This document shows positions 18,056 through 25,947 of a DNA stretch of 42,919 nt, piece by piece. This stretch comes from a virus (taxonomy: Duplodnaviria; Caudoviricetes), in IMG/VR virus record IMGVR_UViG_3300008085_000053, positions 1 to 42,919 of that record. One strand, given 5' to 3'. Numbering within the stretch: the stretch's first letter is position 1; the number at the start of each line of letters is the position of its first letter. The notes under the pieces are model-generated. The model was not told where the DNA came from. It worked only from the letters and a program-made list of their open reading frames with translations, and searched no databases. The position numbers were made by a program, and so were the translations under genes.

Positions 18056-18456
18056 CAGTGAATGACCGGCTCGACTTCATCTTCGCGCTCGGTGCCCGTC
18101 ATGACACGGCGAAGCTGGCAAATGGGGCAGTCACAGTCGTCGGCTTGGCGAGACGGGTCTTCGTCATGCACCAGCGCAACTGTGCCGTCGGCGAGGTTTT
18201 CGATGTTTAGGGCCCACGACTTGCCGTCGCCCCAGTCTGCATCGGAAATGCCCATCATCTCACGAACGCTGTCGAAGACGACGGATTGTTCGGCCTGCAT
18301 TTCATCGGTCAGGGCTTCGGAGCGCTTGCGGTATTCCTCGACAAGCTTCTTCTGGCGCATGGTGTGCGTCTCAGTCAGCCTCTTCAGCTTCCAGGCGGTT
18401 TCGACCGCATCTGTGGTCGACGAGGAATGGAAAGTGACTTTGGGTTTTGTGGACAT
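18055..18456 (-). CDS. Hypothetical protein (coiled coil, CDCPIC motif)
   Basis: AAAGGA RBS and own promoter. Confidence 0.75.
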   Translation of the reverse strand: MSTKPKVTFHSSSTTDAVETAWKLKRLTETHTMRQKKLVEEYRKRSEALTDEMQAEQSVVFDSVREMMGISDADWGDGKSWALNIENLADGTVALVHDEDPSRQADDCDCPICQLRRVMTGTEREDEVEPVIH

Positions 18457-18484
18457 GGTGCTTCCTTTCGTTGTTCCTATAAAT

Positions 18485-18515
18485 AGTATATCAGGAATGA
18501 GCTTCAGTGTGAACC
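18485..18515 (-). promoter_or_regulatory. Sigma70-type promoter, extended -10
   Basis: GG-TTCACA N17 (ending TGA) TATACT. Confidence 0.7.
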
Positions 18516-18516
18516 T

Positions 18517-18837
18517 CTATTCCTCTTTGTCAATCCAAATGTAATAGCCAACACCGTCAGCCATACCTGTAATGCGACGTTCCACAACTTTGCCCTTACG
18601 GCGGCGCTCGTAACGGAGCAGGCCATTGCGAACGCCCTGGTTCAAATAGGCTCGGGCACTTTCTTCAGACACCCACACATAAGGCAAATTCCACGGGCGG
18701 GCAATCTTCTTATACTTGGCGCGTATCTCAACAAGGGTGGCTTCCCCGTAGTGCTTGACTATTCCGCAAAGCACATTGTAGGTGACAGCCCGGGCCTTCA
18801 TATCGTCGGCCTTCTTTGGTGAAACAGCATTAGCCAT
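18517..18837 (-). CDS. Hypothetical basic protein (possible winged helix)
   Basis: GGAG RBS; Lys/Arg-rich; overlaps upstream stop. Confidence 0.65.
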   Translation of the reverse strand: MANAVSPKKADDMKARAVTYNVLCGIVKHYGEATLVEIRAKYKKIARPWNLPYVWVSEESARAYLNQGVRNGLLRYERRRKGKVVERRITGMADGVGYYIWIDKEE

Positions 18838-19342
18838 CAGAGTTCTCCAAGTGTATTTGCTGTCTCAACTCTGTGGCTATCCTGTGCAATTCTTGTCTGG
18901 AAAGCGAGCCGCTCCATTCGCGTTGCTCAGCTTCCAAAAGACGCTCTAAAGCAGACTTGGTGCCTCGGTCGTGAGGTGCTTTAGGATTGTATTCCTTGAC
19001 AGTCTCAGGCGGCAGAAGATGGACAGTATTCCAAGCTCGCTCACCTTCAAGTCTTGTCAGGCCCCAATACTCCATGCCAAATACACGGCGAAGATGAACC
19101 AGGACCGGGTGGTTAGCGGCAACAGTGGCATCAAATACTCCTTTCTTGTTTATGCGAAAGCGGAGGCCATGCTCTCCGCCTTCCCAAGCCGTAACCTGTG
19201 CGGCTGCGCCTTGGGAAAGGATTAGTTGCATTTCTATGCCAAGCCAGTCTGTCCATAGCTTTTCAGGCACAGAGCCGTGAAGACGGACTTTTGCCTTTTG
19301 CCCTTTCTTAGGGTGACAAGCTATGGCAAACTGGAGAGACAT
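18830..19342 (-). CDS. Hypothetical protein
   Basis: Tiles between neighbouring genes on the operon strand. Confidence 0.65.
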   Translation of the reverse strand: MSLQFAIACHPKKGQKAKVRLHGSVPEKLWTDWLGIEMQLILSQGAAAQVTAWEGGEHGLRFRINKKGVFDATVAANHPVLVHLRRVFGMEYWGLTRLEGERAWNTVHLLPPETVKEYNPKAPHDRGTKSALERLLEAEQREWSGSLSRQELHRIATELRQQIHLENSDG

Positions 19343-19344
19343 GG

Positions 19345-19800
19345 TTATGCCGCCACTCGATACGGCTTGGGTCGGATTGTCGAGCCCTCAGAGAGGTAGA
19401 AGTTGCCGTCGGACCCGCGCAAAAACTTCTGGCCAAAGCCGGTGCCAAGTCGACCACAGCCATGCTCTTTCCAGCTCTGTTCAGACATGATGCACCAGCC
19501 GCCATAGCGGGTTTTGGCATCATAGGCAACGTCGCCAAGAGGTGCGCTGGTGAGATTGCAGTGCGTCGGCGTTGGCGTAAAGCGAATGGGCTCGTTCACA
19601 CGAAACCAGACTTGACCAGGGTTGAGACGGCTTGGCAATTCCGAGCCATTGGCCAGGGTCATGAGAGAAGCATCGCGGCTGGCTTGGCTTCCGGGCTTGG
19701 CAACCATGGCCAGGAAACTATCGAGGTTGGTGTCATTGACTTCCATGACAGTGTGATACCCTTCGGCATCGCGTCGGCAGATAAACATGGGTTTCTCCAT
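19345..19800 (-). CDS. Hypothetical protein
   Basis: AAAGGA RBS; C-half YDAKT..G.W..M....W..HG.G.LG.G.GQKF resembles a recurrent phage protein motif. Confidence 0.7.
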   Translation of the reverse strand: MEKPMFICRRDAEGYHTVMEVNDTNLDSFLAMVAKPGSQASRDASLMTLANGSELPSRLNPGQVWFRVNEPIRFTPTPTHCNLTSAPLGDVAYDAKTRYGGWCIMSEQSWKEHGCGRLGTGFGQKFLRGSDGNFYLSEGSTIRPKPYRVAA

Positions 19801-19822
19801 ACTGTGTTCCTTTCGTCTTTAC

Positions 19823-19851
19823 AGTATAGCATTGAAGTGATAATTAAATCC
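19823..19851 (-). promoter_or_regulatory. Extended -10 promoter
   Basis: TGC-TATACT with AT-rich upstream; -35 poor. Confidence 0.5.
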
Positions 19852-20180
19852 TAAAGTGGATCCGCTGTTACGTCAACCCACGAAATGGAAATTGTTCCCC
19901 AGTTATTGTCCGGTTTTACGGCCCAAACGTGGAGACTGTTGTTCTTGAGGGCCGCGGACACTGTGCCTGACCACTTGCGCGGAATGTAGCCAATATGATA
20001 GGTCCGCGGTTTGCGCCGCCCGTATTCATAATTCTCAACTAGCACTTTGACAGCGTTAGGGTCATGCGGATTAGAAGGCTCGCGCTCGAGAAGGTATCGC
20101 TGGCCTTCTTTCAAGCCAGTAACAATCTCGGTGCCTTCTTCACGGAACGTAGCTCCAGCAATTGCGGCTTCAATCTTCAT
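19851..20180 (-). CDS. HIRAN domain protein
   Basis: IAGATFR; LEREPSNPHDPNAVKV; IGYIPR; GGAG RBS before MKIEA. Confidence 0.85.
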   Translation of the reverse strand: MKIEAAIAGATFREEGTEIVTGLKEGQRYLLEREPSNPHDPNAVKVLVENYEYGRRKPRTYHIGYIPRKWSGTVSAALKNNSLHVWAVKPDNNWGTISISWVDVTADPL

Positions 20181-20631
20181 GCCATCTCCATACTGACCCA
20201 ATGTTCACTATACGGTCCAGCGGGTCTTTCGGCTTGCAGACTGAGTTCGCTTCAAGCCAAGTTTCCGTGCGGCCTTCAGAGACCTCGGCGGCCAGATTGC
20301 CGGGGATCAGAAAGCGCGCAAGCTCATGACCTGATCCTACCTGAAGAAGTATCCACGCGGAACCTCTAACTTTCCAGCGTTTGCCAAGCCAGCGGATTTG
20401 CCCAGGCCTGATCTTGACGGCAACGGGCGTCTCAAAGTGCACTGGTCGACCTGCCGTCTTCAGTTCAAACGTTGCACAGTAATTGACCCCGCTCAACAAG
20501 AGCGAGGTTTCTACGTCCGGGAACCCGTCAGTGACTGAGTTCTCAATGCGGGTATAATGCAGATCAGCCCCGAATACTTTCAGGGCTGTCCGCATTGAGT
20601 TCCACAGGTTCTTCTCTGCGGTCTTAGCCAT
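20170..20631 (-). CDS. PD-(D/E)xK nuclease, VRR-NUC/Holliday junction resolvase-like
   Basis: AEKNLW; RIENSV.DGFPDV; FELK; IRPGQIRW; start reassigned to MAKT after GGAG. Confidence 0.8.
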   Translation of the reverse strand: MAKTAEKNLWNSMRTALKVFGADLHYTRIENSVTDGFPDVETSLLLSGVNYCATFELKTAGRPVHFETPVAVKIRPGQIRWLGKRWKVRGSAWILLQVGSGHELARFLIPGNLAAEVSEGRTETWLEANSVCKPKDPLDRIVNIGSVWRWHED

Positions 20632-21142
20632 CAATAGCACTCCCGCGTTCCCAGACTTCGACCAGAAGCTGATTTGATATTTGGACCCGCATCGACTGGT
20701 CCCACCAGGAGCCCTTGCCCTTCGCGTAGCGACGACGGGCAAAGTAATCCGTCATTTTGTCGGGTATGGCATCAGGATAACGGGCGGCAACGTCAATATG
20801 GGTGCCAAGCCCGCGGCAGATGTAGGCTCGGTCCACAAAGCCATTCTTCATCGCAAACATTGCCAGCTCTTGCCCGCCAAGCAGCCAAGCGTCGGGAAAC
20901 ATGGCCGCAAAGTCTTCAAGCTGGACCCCACGACGTGGATCGGTCGACAGTCCATAGAGCTTGCCGCGCCCGGGGAGCGCTTTTGGCATATATTGCAAGC
21001 TCTTAGCCGATACGGCAAGAACGTCGCTCGTGCTTGTCAGCAGCTTGAACACCGCTTTGTCGATCGGTCCAGTCCAGGACATATCATCTTCAGGGCCATT
21101 GGCAACATAGCCATTGCCACTCACTGCCATTATCAGTTTCAT
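20624..21142 (-). CDS. Dihydrofolate reductase-like protein
   Basis: LIMAVSGNGYV...MSW..IDKAVFKLLT; WLLGGQELA; VDRAYI. Confidence 0.8.
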   Translation of the reverse strand: MKLIMAVSGNGYVANGPEDDMSWTGPIDKAVFKLLTSTSDVLAVSAKSLQYMPKALPGRGKLYGLSTDPRRGVQLEDFAAMFPDAWLLGGQELAMFAMKNGFVDRAYICRGLGTHIDVAARYPDAIPDKMTDYFARRRYAKGKGSWWDQSMRVQISNQLLVEVWERGSAIDG

Positions 21143-21624
21143 AGCATATGCTCCATACGATCGACTATCAGGCCAGCCTCGCGCAAAGTCTCTGTGCCTT
21201 CAAGCTGCGATCGATGCCAGTTTGAGGATCGGCGAGGGCTGGTGGACACCACGCGAACGATGCCTGCTTGGACAATTGCGTTGGAGCATTCGGCACAAGG
21301 GCATTCAGTTGAGTAAAGCGTCCAGCCAACCAGCGAAGTCTTGGCGTTGAGGATGGCATTGAGTTCCGCGTGCACCGTATGATAGGAACGGTATTCAGCG
21401 CTTGCCAGCCGTTCGGGCGTGTCAGCGATCCCTTTCGGGAAACCGGCAAAGCCAAGCGAGAACTGGCTTTTGTCAGGCGAGACGACACATGCCCCGACAC
21501 CACGATCTATGATCCCGTTGCCGAGGCCTTTGGTCCAGGACTTGGCTTGAAGTGCCAGGCCCATAAACCGCAGGTCCCATTTGTCGTCTCCCTTCTGGTG
21601 AACAAAAGGTGTTTGGTCTTCCAT
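21139..21624 (-). CDS. dCMP deaminase family protein
   Basis: KWDLRFM.LA; VGACVV; HAELNAI; PCAECSNAIVQAGI. Confidence 0.9.
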   Translation of the reverse strand: MEDQTPFVHQKGDDKWDLRFMGLALQAKSWTKGLGNGIIDRGVGACVVSPDKSQFSLGFAGFPKGIADTPERLASAEYRSYHTVHAELNAILNAKTSLVGWTLYSTECPCAECSNAIVQAGIVRVVSTSPRRSSNWHRSQLEGTETLREAGLIVDRMEHML

Positions 21625-21890
21625 TAGCCTACGAACCCCTTGTTGATTTCAACCATGTCTTGCAGGTCGAGTTGCCCCATGCTGTTGATAACAACACAGG
21701 CTTGCATCCACCCGAGCCAGCGACCCACCTTGCCTTCGTCGGTAAACTCCTGCGCCTGCTGAAACATGTCCACCATATGCGGGTAGTCTGCCTCAGCGCA
21801 GTCGCTGGACATATTGTCCAGGCCGACTTCGCGAGCTTTGGCAAGAGTGGCCTCCATGGCCATTTGCATTTGAAGGACGCTCAGGCTCAT
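21624..21890 (-). CDS. Hypothetical protein
   Basis: Coupled to both neighbours; K.GRWLGWMQ motif. Confidence 0.7.
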   Translation of the reverse strand: MSLSVLQMQMAMEATLAKAREVGLDNMSSDCAEADYPHMVDMFQQAQEFTDEGKVGRWLGWMQACVVINSMGQLDLQDMVEINKGFVG

Positions 21891-22825
21891 TCGATCACCT
21901 CCGGCATCGGGTCCCAGCTGTTCTGCTGCGTTCGACGGGCCAGCTGTTTGACAACGTCCACGTAGGCGTCGGGCTGTTCCTCGATCATGGCGATATTCCA
22001 GCCAGGCAGATTGGGCGAGACGTTGGAAGGCCAGGTTGTCGAAGCCTTCTCAAACTCCTTCTGCTCACGCCACTCGCCGGCACTCCAGTCGCCGGTCATA
22101 CATGCCTTGACGGCATTCCAATGCGGCTCGTAGAGATGCGGGTGTGCCAGCGTGACATGCAGCGAAGCGGGACGAATGCCCACGGTCGCTGCAATGGCGT
22201 CGGCGGTCAGAGAGTAGCACATCACATCGTAGGGCAGACCGACGAAGACGTCGCTGGACCGGATGAACACGCTCATGTGCAGGTCGTCACGGAAGCGAGA
22301 GACGGTAAAGCCGACGGGGCAGGGAATGTTCTTCGGCTGCGGGCCACCAAGGCCATCCGACGACGGGTCCCATGCCAAGATGAACAACTGTCTGTTGGTC
22401 GGATTGTTCATCAGTTCATTGCAAGCCAGAGCGATTTGGTCACGACCGAAGGCCTCGCGCCAGCGATAGCCATATGCGGTCTTGAGGACCTGCTTCTCGA
22501 CGCTTATAGGCCCGTTGCCACGATCGTGTTCAACCATCTCAGTCTCCACGAACTTCGACCAGAGCTTTGGTGCTTTCCCCACAATGAACGTCGGGTCTTT
22601 CGTGCCCATGAACTGCCAGGCCGTTTCTGCGGCGGCGATGTGAGGATAGTAGCGCCGGTTGCCCGCGATTGGCAGACGGCCGTCGGTCAGGTCCAGCTTG
22701 AACGAATATCCGCCTTCAACCATCTTGATCTTGGTGCGTGTGCGGGCATTCTCTTCAGTCACCCCTTGGTTCATAATCTCTGAGAGGATATTGCGGTAGA
22801 CCTCGTGCATTGATCCCTGTTTCAT
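21887..22825 (-). CDS. Thymidylate-synthase-fold enzyme, predicted dCMP (hydroxy)methyltransferase
   Basis: AYGYRWR..FGRDQI; NPTNRQ; IPCP; RSSDVFVGLPYDV (Asp where dUMP-specific ThyA has Asn); HLYE; ATGA overlap with upstream gene. Confidence 0.85.
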   Translation of the reverse strand: MKQGSMHEVYRNILSEIMNQGVTEENARTRTKIKMVEGGYSFKLDLTDGRLPIAGNRRYYPHIAAAETAWQFMGTKDPTFIVGKAPKLWSKFVETEMVEHDRGNGPISVEKQVLKTAYGYRWREAFGRDQIALACNELMNNPTNRQLFILAWDPSSDGLGGPQPKNIPCPVGFTVSRFRDDLHMSVFIRSSDVFVGLPYDVMCYSLTADAIAATVGIRPASLHVTLAHPHLYEPHWNAVKACMTGDWSAGEWREQKEFEKASTTWPSNVSPNLPGWNIAMIEEQPDAYVDVVKQLARRTQQNSWDPMPEVIE

Positions 22826-23103
22826 TGTCCGATTTCCTTCAGAGCTTCGCCGATGGACACAAGTGTCCCGGTGGTTTCGTGCTTGGCAAGAAAGCGCGCA
22901 CATTCTTGCTGGCTCATCGTGGTCAGCAGAAGAGCGTCTGCGGGCAACGAGGTGTGAACCCGACCACTGTCGTCATAGAACTTGCGGGACCGGTGCTGTC
23001 GGCTCACACCGTCGATCACAGTGGCGTGCTCGTAGTGCTTTGCCAGCGCTTCGCGATTGCGGGTTTTGCCGCTCGCTTGCGGCCCATAAATAATGGTAAT
23101 CAT
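22822..23103 (-). CDS. Small P-loop protein
   Basis: MITIIYGPQASGKT Walker A; 93 aa; coupled on both sides. Confidence 0.7.
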   Translation of the reverse strand: MITIIYGPQASGKTRNREALAKHYEHATVIDGVSRQHRSRKFYDDSGRVHTSLPADALLLTTMSQQECARFLAKHETTGTLVSIGEALKEIGQ

Positions 23104-24197
23104 TCGGTGCTCCTTTCAAAACCGAGGTAAGACATGAGCTGGTGCACATTCCGGTGCAACTCATCTTCTGTTCCGTTGTTGTCAATGATCCAGTTGGACA
23201 TCCAAGGCTCGACGGTGCAGGACCCAAAAGCCTCGGGCTCGCAGCGCTCGCTGGCATCAACCCAGATCACGCCGTCGACGACACCGGAGTTGACGATGGA
23301 GTAGTATTCGCGCTTGTTGCGGACGCCAACATAGATGTCGTTCTCCGCAAAGATTTCGCTGGCCAGCCGTTCTTTCTCAGGATAGCAATAGCCGGCAATC
23401 AGAGAGAACCATGCCGTGCGGAAGTTGGCCCGATCCTCGAAGCACGCCTGCACATCAGCATAATGCCGGTTGAGCATCATGTCCAGTTCGTCGGCAAGGT
23501 CAACTGCGGACATGCCTGGGGAGCCTGCTGCTTCATGGTGCTTGACGGCGCCATGCGTATCCTGCAGCGCAGCCCAAATCACTTTCTCGGCACAGAACAG
23601 CGAGGAGGACATGAACTTGAAGCCATATTCCTTCTCGAGGATTTCTGCCACGGTGTCTTTGCCGTGCCGCGCATGACCGAGCACGAGCAACTTTGGCTTT
23701 CCATCGTCCTTCGGCTCGTTCTCAGGCGTCTGTGTGGCTTCGGTAGCCTCTTGCTCAGAGAGCGCTGTCTCATACGCAGCACGCACCTGTCGGCGATCCA
23801 GAGACAGATACGGAAGCAGAACCGGAGGCAGCCACCCTTCAGGCTTCACGGCATCAAAGCCCTTGGCGTGCGGCCGCTTGGACAGCTCGCCACGAACCTT
23901 TGCCATATTGGCAGCATGGACTTCTTCGAAGGCAGCACCAGGCACCACGCCCATCTCGATAATGCGACCGAGCGCAAAGTAGGACAGGTCGAGCAGAGCG
24001 TCCACCTCGTCTTCGAGGTTGTCAGCCTCCATGAACTCGACAAGCTCTTCGGAGAGAGCGCCGTTGGCCCACTTCTTGCGCTCGGGATCGAGACGGCTCG
24101 GCTGCTCAGGAATGGGCAAGCCAATCAGGTCGGCGTTGAACCGATGGACAAGCTCGAGATACTTCTCCACCCAGGTTGCAGGTGTTTTGAGTTCCAT
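23100..24197 (-). CDS. MazG-like NTP pyrophosphohydrolase fused to deoxynucleoside monophosphate kinase
   Basis: EELVEF..EVDALLDLSYFALG..FEEVHAANMAK..KPEGW.PP; then LLVLGHARHGKDTVAE; GVRN.RE; IIDNNGT. Confidence 0.85.
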   Translation of the reverse strand: MELKTPATWVEKYLELVHRFNADLIGLPIPEQPSRLDPERKKWANGALSEELVEFMEADNLEDEVDALLDLSYFALGRIIEMGVVPGAAFEEVHAANMAKVRGELSKRPHAKGFDAVKPEGWLPPVLLPYLSLDRRQVRAAYETALSEQEATEATQTPENEPKDDGKPKLLVLGHARHGKDTVAEILEKEYGFKFMSSSLFCAEKVIWAALQDTHGAVKHHEAAGSPGMSAVDLADELDMMLNRHYADVQACFEDRANFRTAWFSLIAGYCYPEKERLASEIFAENDIYVGVRNKREYYSIVNSGVVDGVIWVDASERCEPEAFGSCTVEPWMSNWIIDNNGTEDELHRNVHQLMSYLGFERSTE

Positions 24198-24206
24198 GTG
24201 TGCTCC

Positions 24207-25277
24207 TCAGGCTAACGGGTCAAGTTCGTCGGGATCGTAGTCAGCAGTCCACCCCTCCGGTGTGATAAGCTTACCACGAGATTTGTCCGAGGACAACTCA
24301 TAACCGAACCCGTGTTTTGTATGCAGGTCATGAAGATGCGATCGCACGGAGTTGACTGAGCAGCCAACCCTTTCGGCAACTTCCTCGATTGAGCCTTCTT
24401 CGACCAGTAACAAGGCGACTTCCCGGCGCTTGCCTTTCTTTGGCAGAGCGGTGACGGTCGGCTTGCATGGTTTGCCTGCCTTCTGAGCCGCCGTGACGGC
24501 TATGGTCTTCTCGTGTTCTTTGGCCTGCGCTCCGTCAAGCATCGGGTCTGTGCAACCTGCAGGGAGCATCATAGTGGCCATGTCGCCTTGGAGCACGTAG
24601 CCGAGGCCATGGTCTTTGTGAAGGCCATGCAAATGGGTCAGGACACCTGAGCGGGTCATATCGAACTTGGCCATCGCTTCGCGAATAGAGCCTGATCCGT
24701 CTTCGAGGAAGAAGGCACAAACTTGCCCACGCTTGCTCGAGGAGTTTACTGGTCGCAGCAGGGCATCTGCTACGGGCTTGCCGTGACGGTTGGGAACGTT
24801 GGCCTCGTCGTATTCGAGATTTTCCAACTTGGGTGACATATGCTTGGGCACCGACCGGCCCAGGCGCGTCAGCACCAGCGCTGCAACGTCATAGGCTTTT
24901 TGAAACCCAAAGCCAGCATACATCTTCCAGTTACGGTCGATGATCGCTTCCAGCTTGTCAATCAACTCGGGCGTGAGAGGGTATGCCTTTTGCTGAGCAA
25001 CTTCGCGGGCAGTGAACCTGACTTGGTAGGCGCTCATGGTATACGGGCAGAAGACTGTGACCCGCTTGGCGGCTTTCTTCTTGCGCTTGCTGGTGGCCGC
25101 GGCTTCCGCATCGTCTTCGGGCCATACCACCAGGGCACGGGACCAACCAGTGTTTGGCGGGTCTTTGATTTCATAGAGGCCCTTGCTGTCAGCGCCCATG
25201 CCTTTTGTCATCGGCTGGTAATAGACGTTCTGATAGAAGACCCCGTTCATCTCCAAGGGTGCTGCGACTGTGGTCAT
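24207..25277 (-). CDS. Hypothetical protein with two HTH-like repeats
   Basis: GSIREAMAKFDMTRSGVLTHLHGLHKDHGLGY and GSIEEVAERVGCSVNSVRSHLHDLHTKHGFGY; AAGGAG RBS. Confidence 0.75.
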   Translation of the reverse strand: MTTVAAPLEMNGVFYQNVYYQPMTKGMGADSKGLYEIKDPPNTGWSRALVVWPEDDAEAAATSKRKKKAAKRVTVFCPYTMSAYQVRFTAREVAQQKAYPLTPELIDKLEAIIDRNWKMYAGFGFQKAYDVAALVLTRLGRSVPKHMSPKLENLEYDEANVPNRHGKPVADALLRPVNSSSKRGQVCAFFLEDGSGSIREAMAKFDMTRSGVLTHLHGLHKDHGLGYVLQGDMATMMLPAGCTDPMLDGAQAKEHEKTIAVTAAQKAGKPCKPTVTALPKKGKRREVALLLVEEGSIEEVAERVGCSVNSVRSHLHDLHTKHGFGYELSSDKSRGKLITPEGWTADYDPDELDPLA

Positions 25278-25300
25278 GGTTTTCTCCTTACTCTATACTT

Positions 25301-25331
25301 AGAATATCACATAGCAGCTAGAGATGAAACC
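25301..25331 (-). promoter_or_regulatory. Sigma70-type promoter, extended -10
   Basis: GG-TTTCAT N17 (ending TGA) TATTCT. Confidence 0.7.
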
Positions 25332-25339
25332 TATAAATG

Positions 25340-25369
25340 AAAAGACCCAGGCAGTTTCCTGCCCGGGCC
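25340..25369 (-). terminator. Intrinsic terminator
   Basis: Minus strand GGCCCGGGCAG-GAAA-CTGCCTGGGTC-TTTT. Confidence 0.8.
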
Positions 25370-25393
25370 TTAGTCCCGTGAGTGCGCCTGGGA

Positions 25394-25852
25394 TCAGGCG
25401 GTCGGGTCGTCGCCAGCGGTCGGCTTGTTGTCGCCGGCCTTCGCCTTGTCGGCGTCCTTGCCTTCCTGCGCGGCCTTGGCAGCCTTGGCCATCTCGCGGG
25501 CGTTCGGCACAGGCTTGCCCTTCCAGGCGCCGCCGGTCGACACGGTTCCGTCCTTGCGCAGCTTGTTGCGATACCAGTTGATCGAGGCCTTCGTGGTATT
25601 GGCGTCCGGGAACTCCTTGCGGACGGCGGCCAGGGCTTCCTCGTTCGACGCGCCATTCAGAATGGCTTCCATGGCCACGGTGCCGACGCCACGCTTGGGC
25701 GCTTTCGGCTCCTTGTCCTTGGCTTCGGCGGCCGGCTTGGCGTCAGCAGCTTTGGTCGGTTTCCCGCCGGCAGCGGCGCCGGACTTGGCGTCGGGGGCAG
25801 CGTATGCAATCAGGGGCAGAATGCCCGCGGTCAGTGCAATGATCGATTTCAT
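25394..25852 (-). CDS. Ala/Lys-rich protein with HTH-like core and hydrophobic N-terminus
   Basis: GAGGAG RBS before MKSII; own promoter and terminator; strongly G/C-ending codons. Confidence 0.8.
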   Translation of the reverse strand: MKSIIALTAGILPLIAYAAPDAKSGAAAGGKPTKAADAKPAAEAKDKEPKAPKRGVGTVAMEAILNGASNEEALAAVRKEFPDANTTKASINWYRNKLRKDGTVSTGGAWKGKPVPNAREMAKAAKAAQEGKDADKAKAGDNKPTAGDDPTA

Positions 25853-25901
25853 GGTTTGGCTCCTCATTTGGCCTGGTTGTCATTCTCAGCGAACAAGATT
25901 G

Positions 25902-25932
25902 AAGATATGCTGTGGTTGAAGAGATGTAAGCC
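25902..25932 (-). promoter_or_regulatory. Sigma70-type promoter
   Basis: GG-CTTACA N17 TATCTT. Confidence 0.55.
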
Positions 25933-25947
25933 AGCAAAAGAGCGTAT

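Noticed and set aside
21887-22825. Annotation as ordinary thyA or as dUMP hydroxymethylase
   Set aside because: The specificity position is Asp rather than Asn, and no thymidine hypermodification genes were recognised in this window
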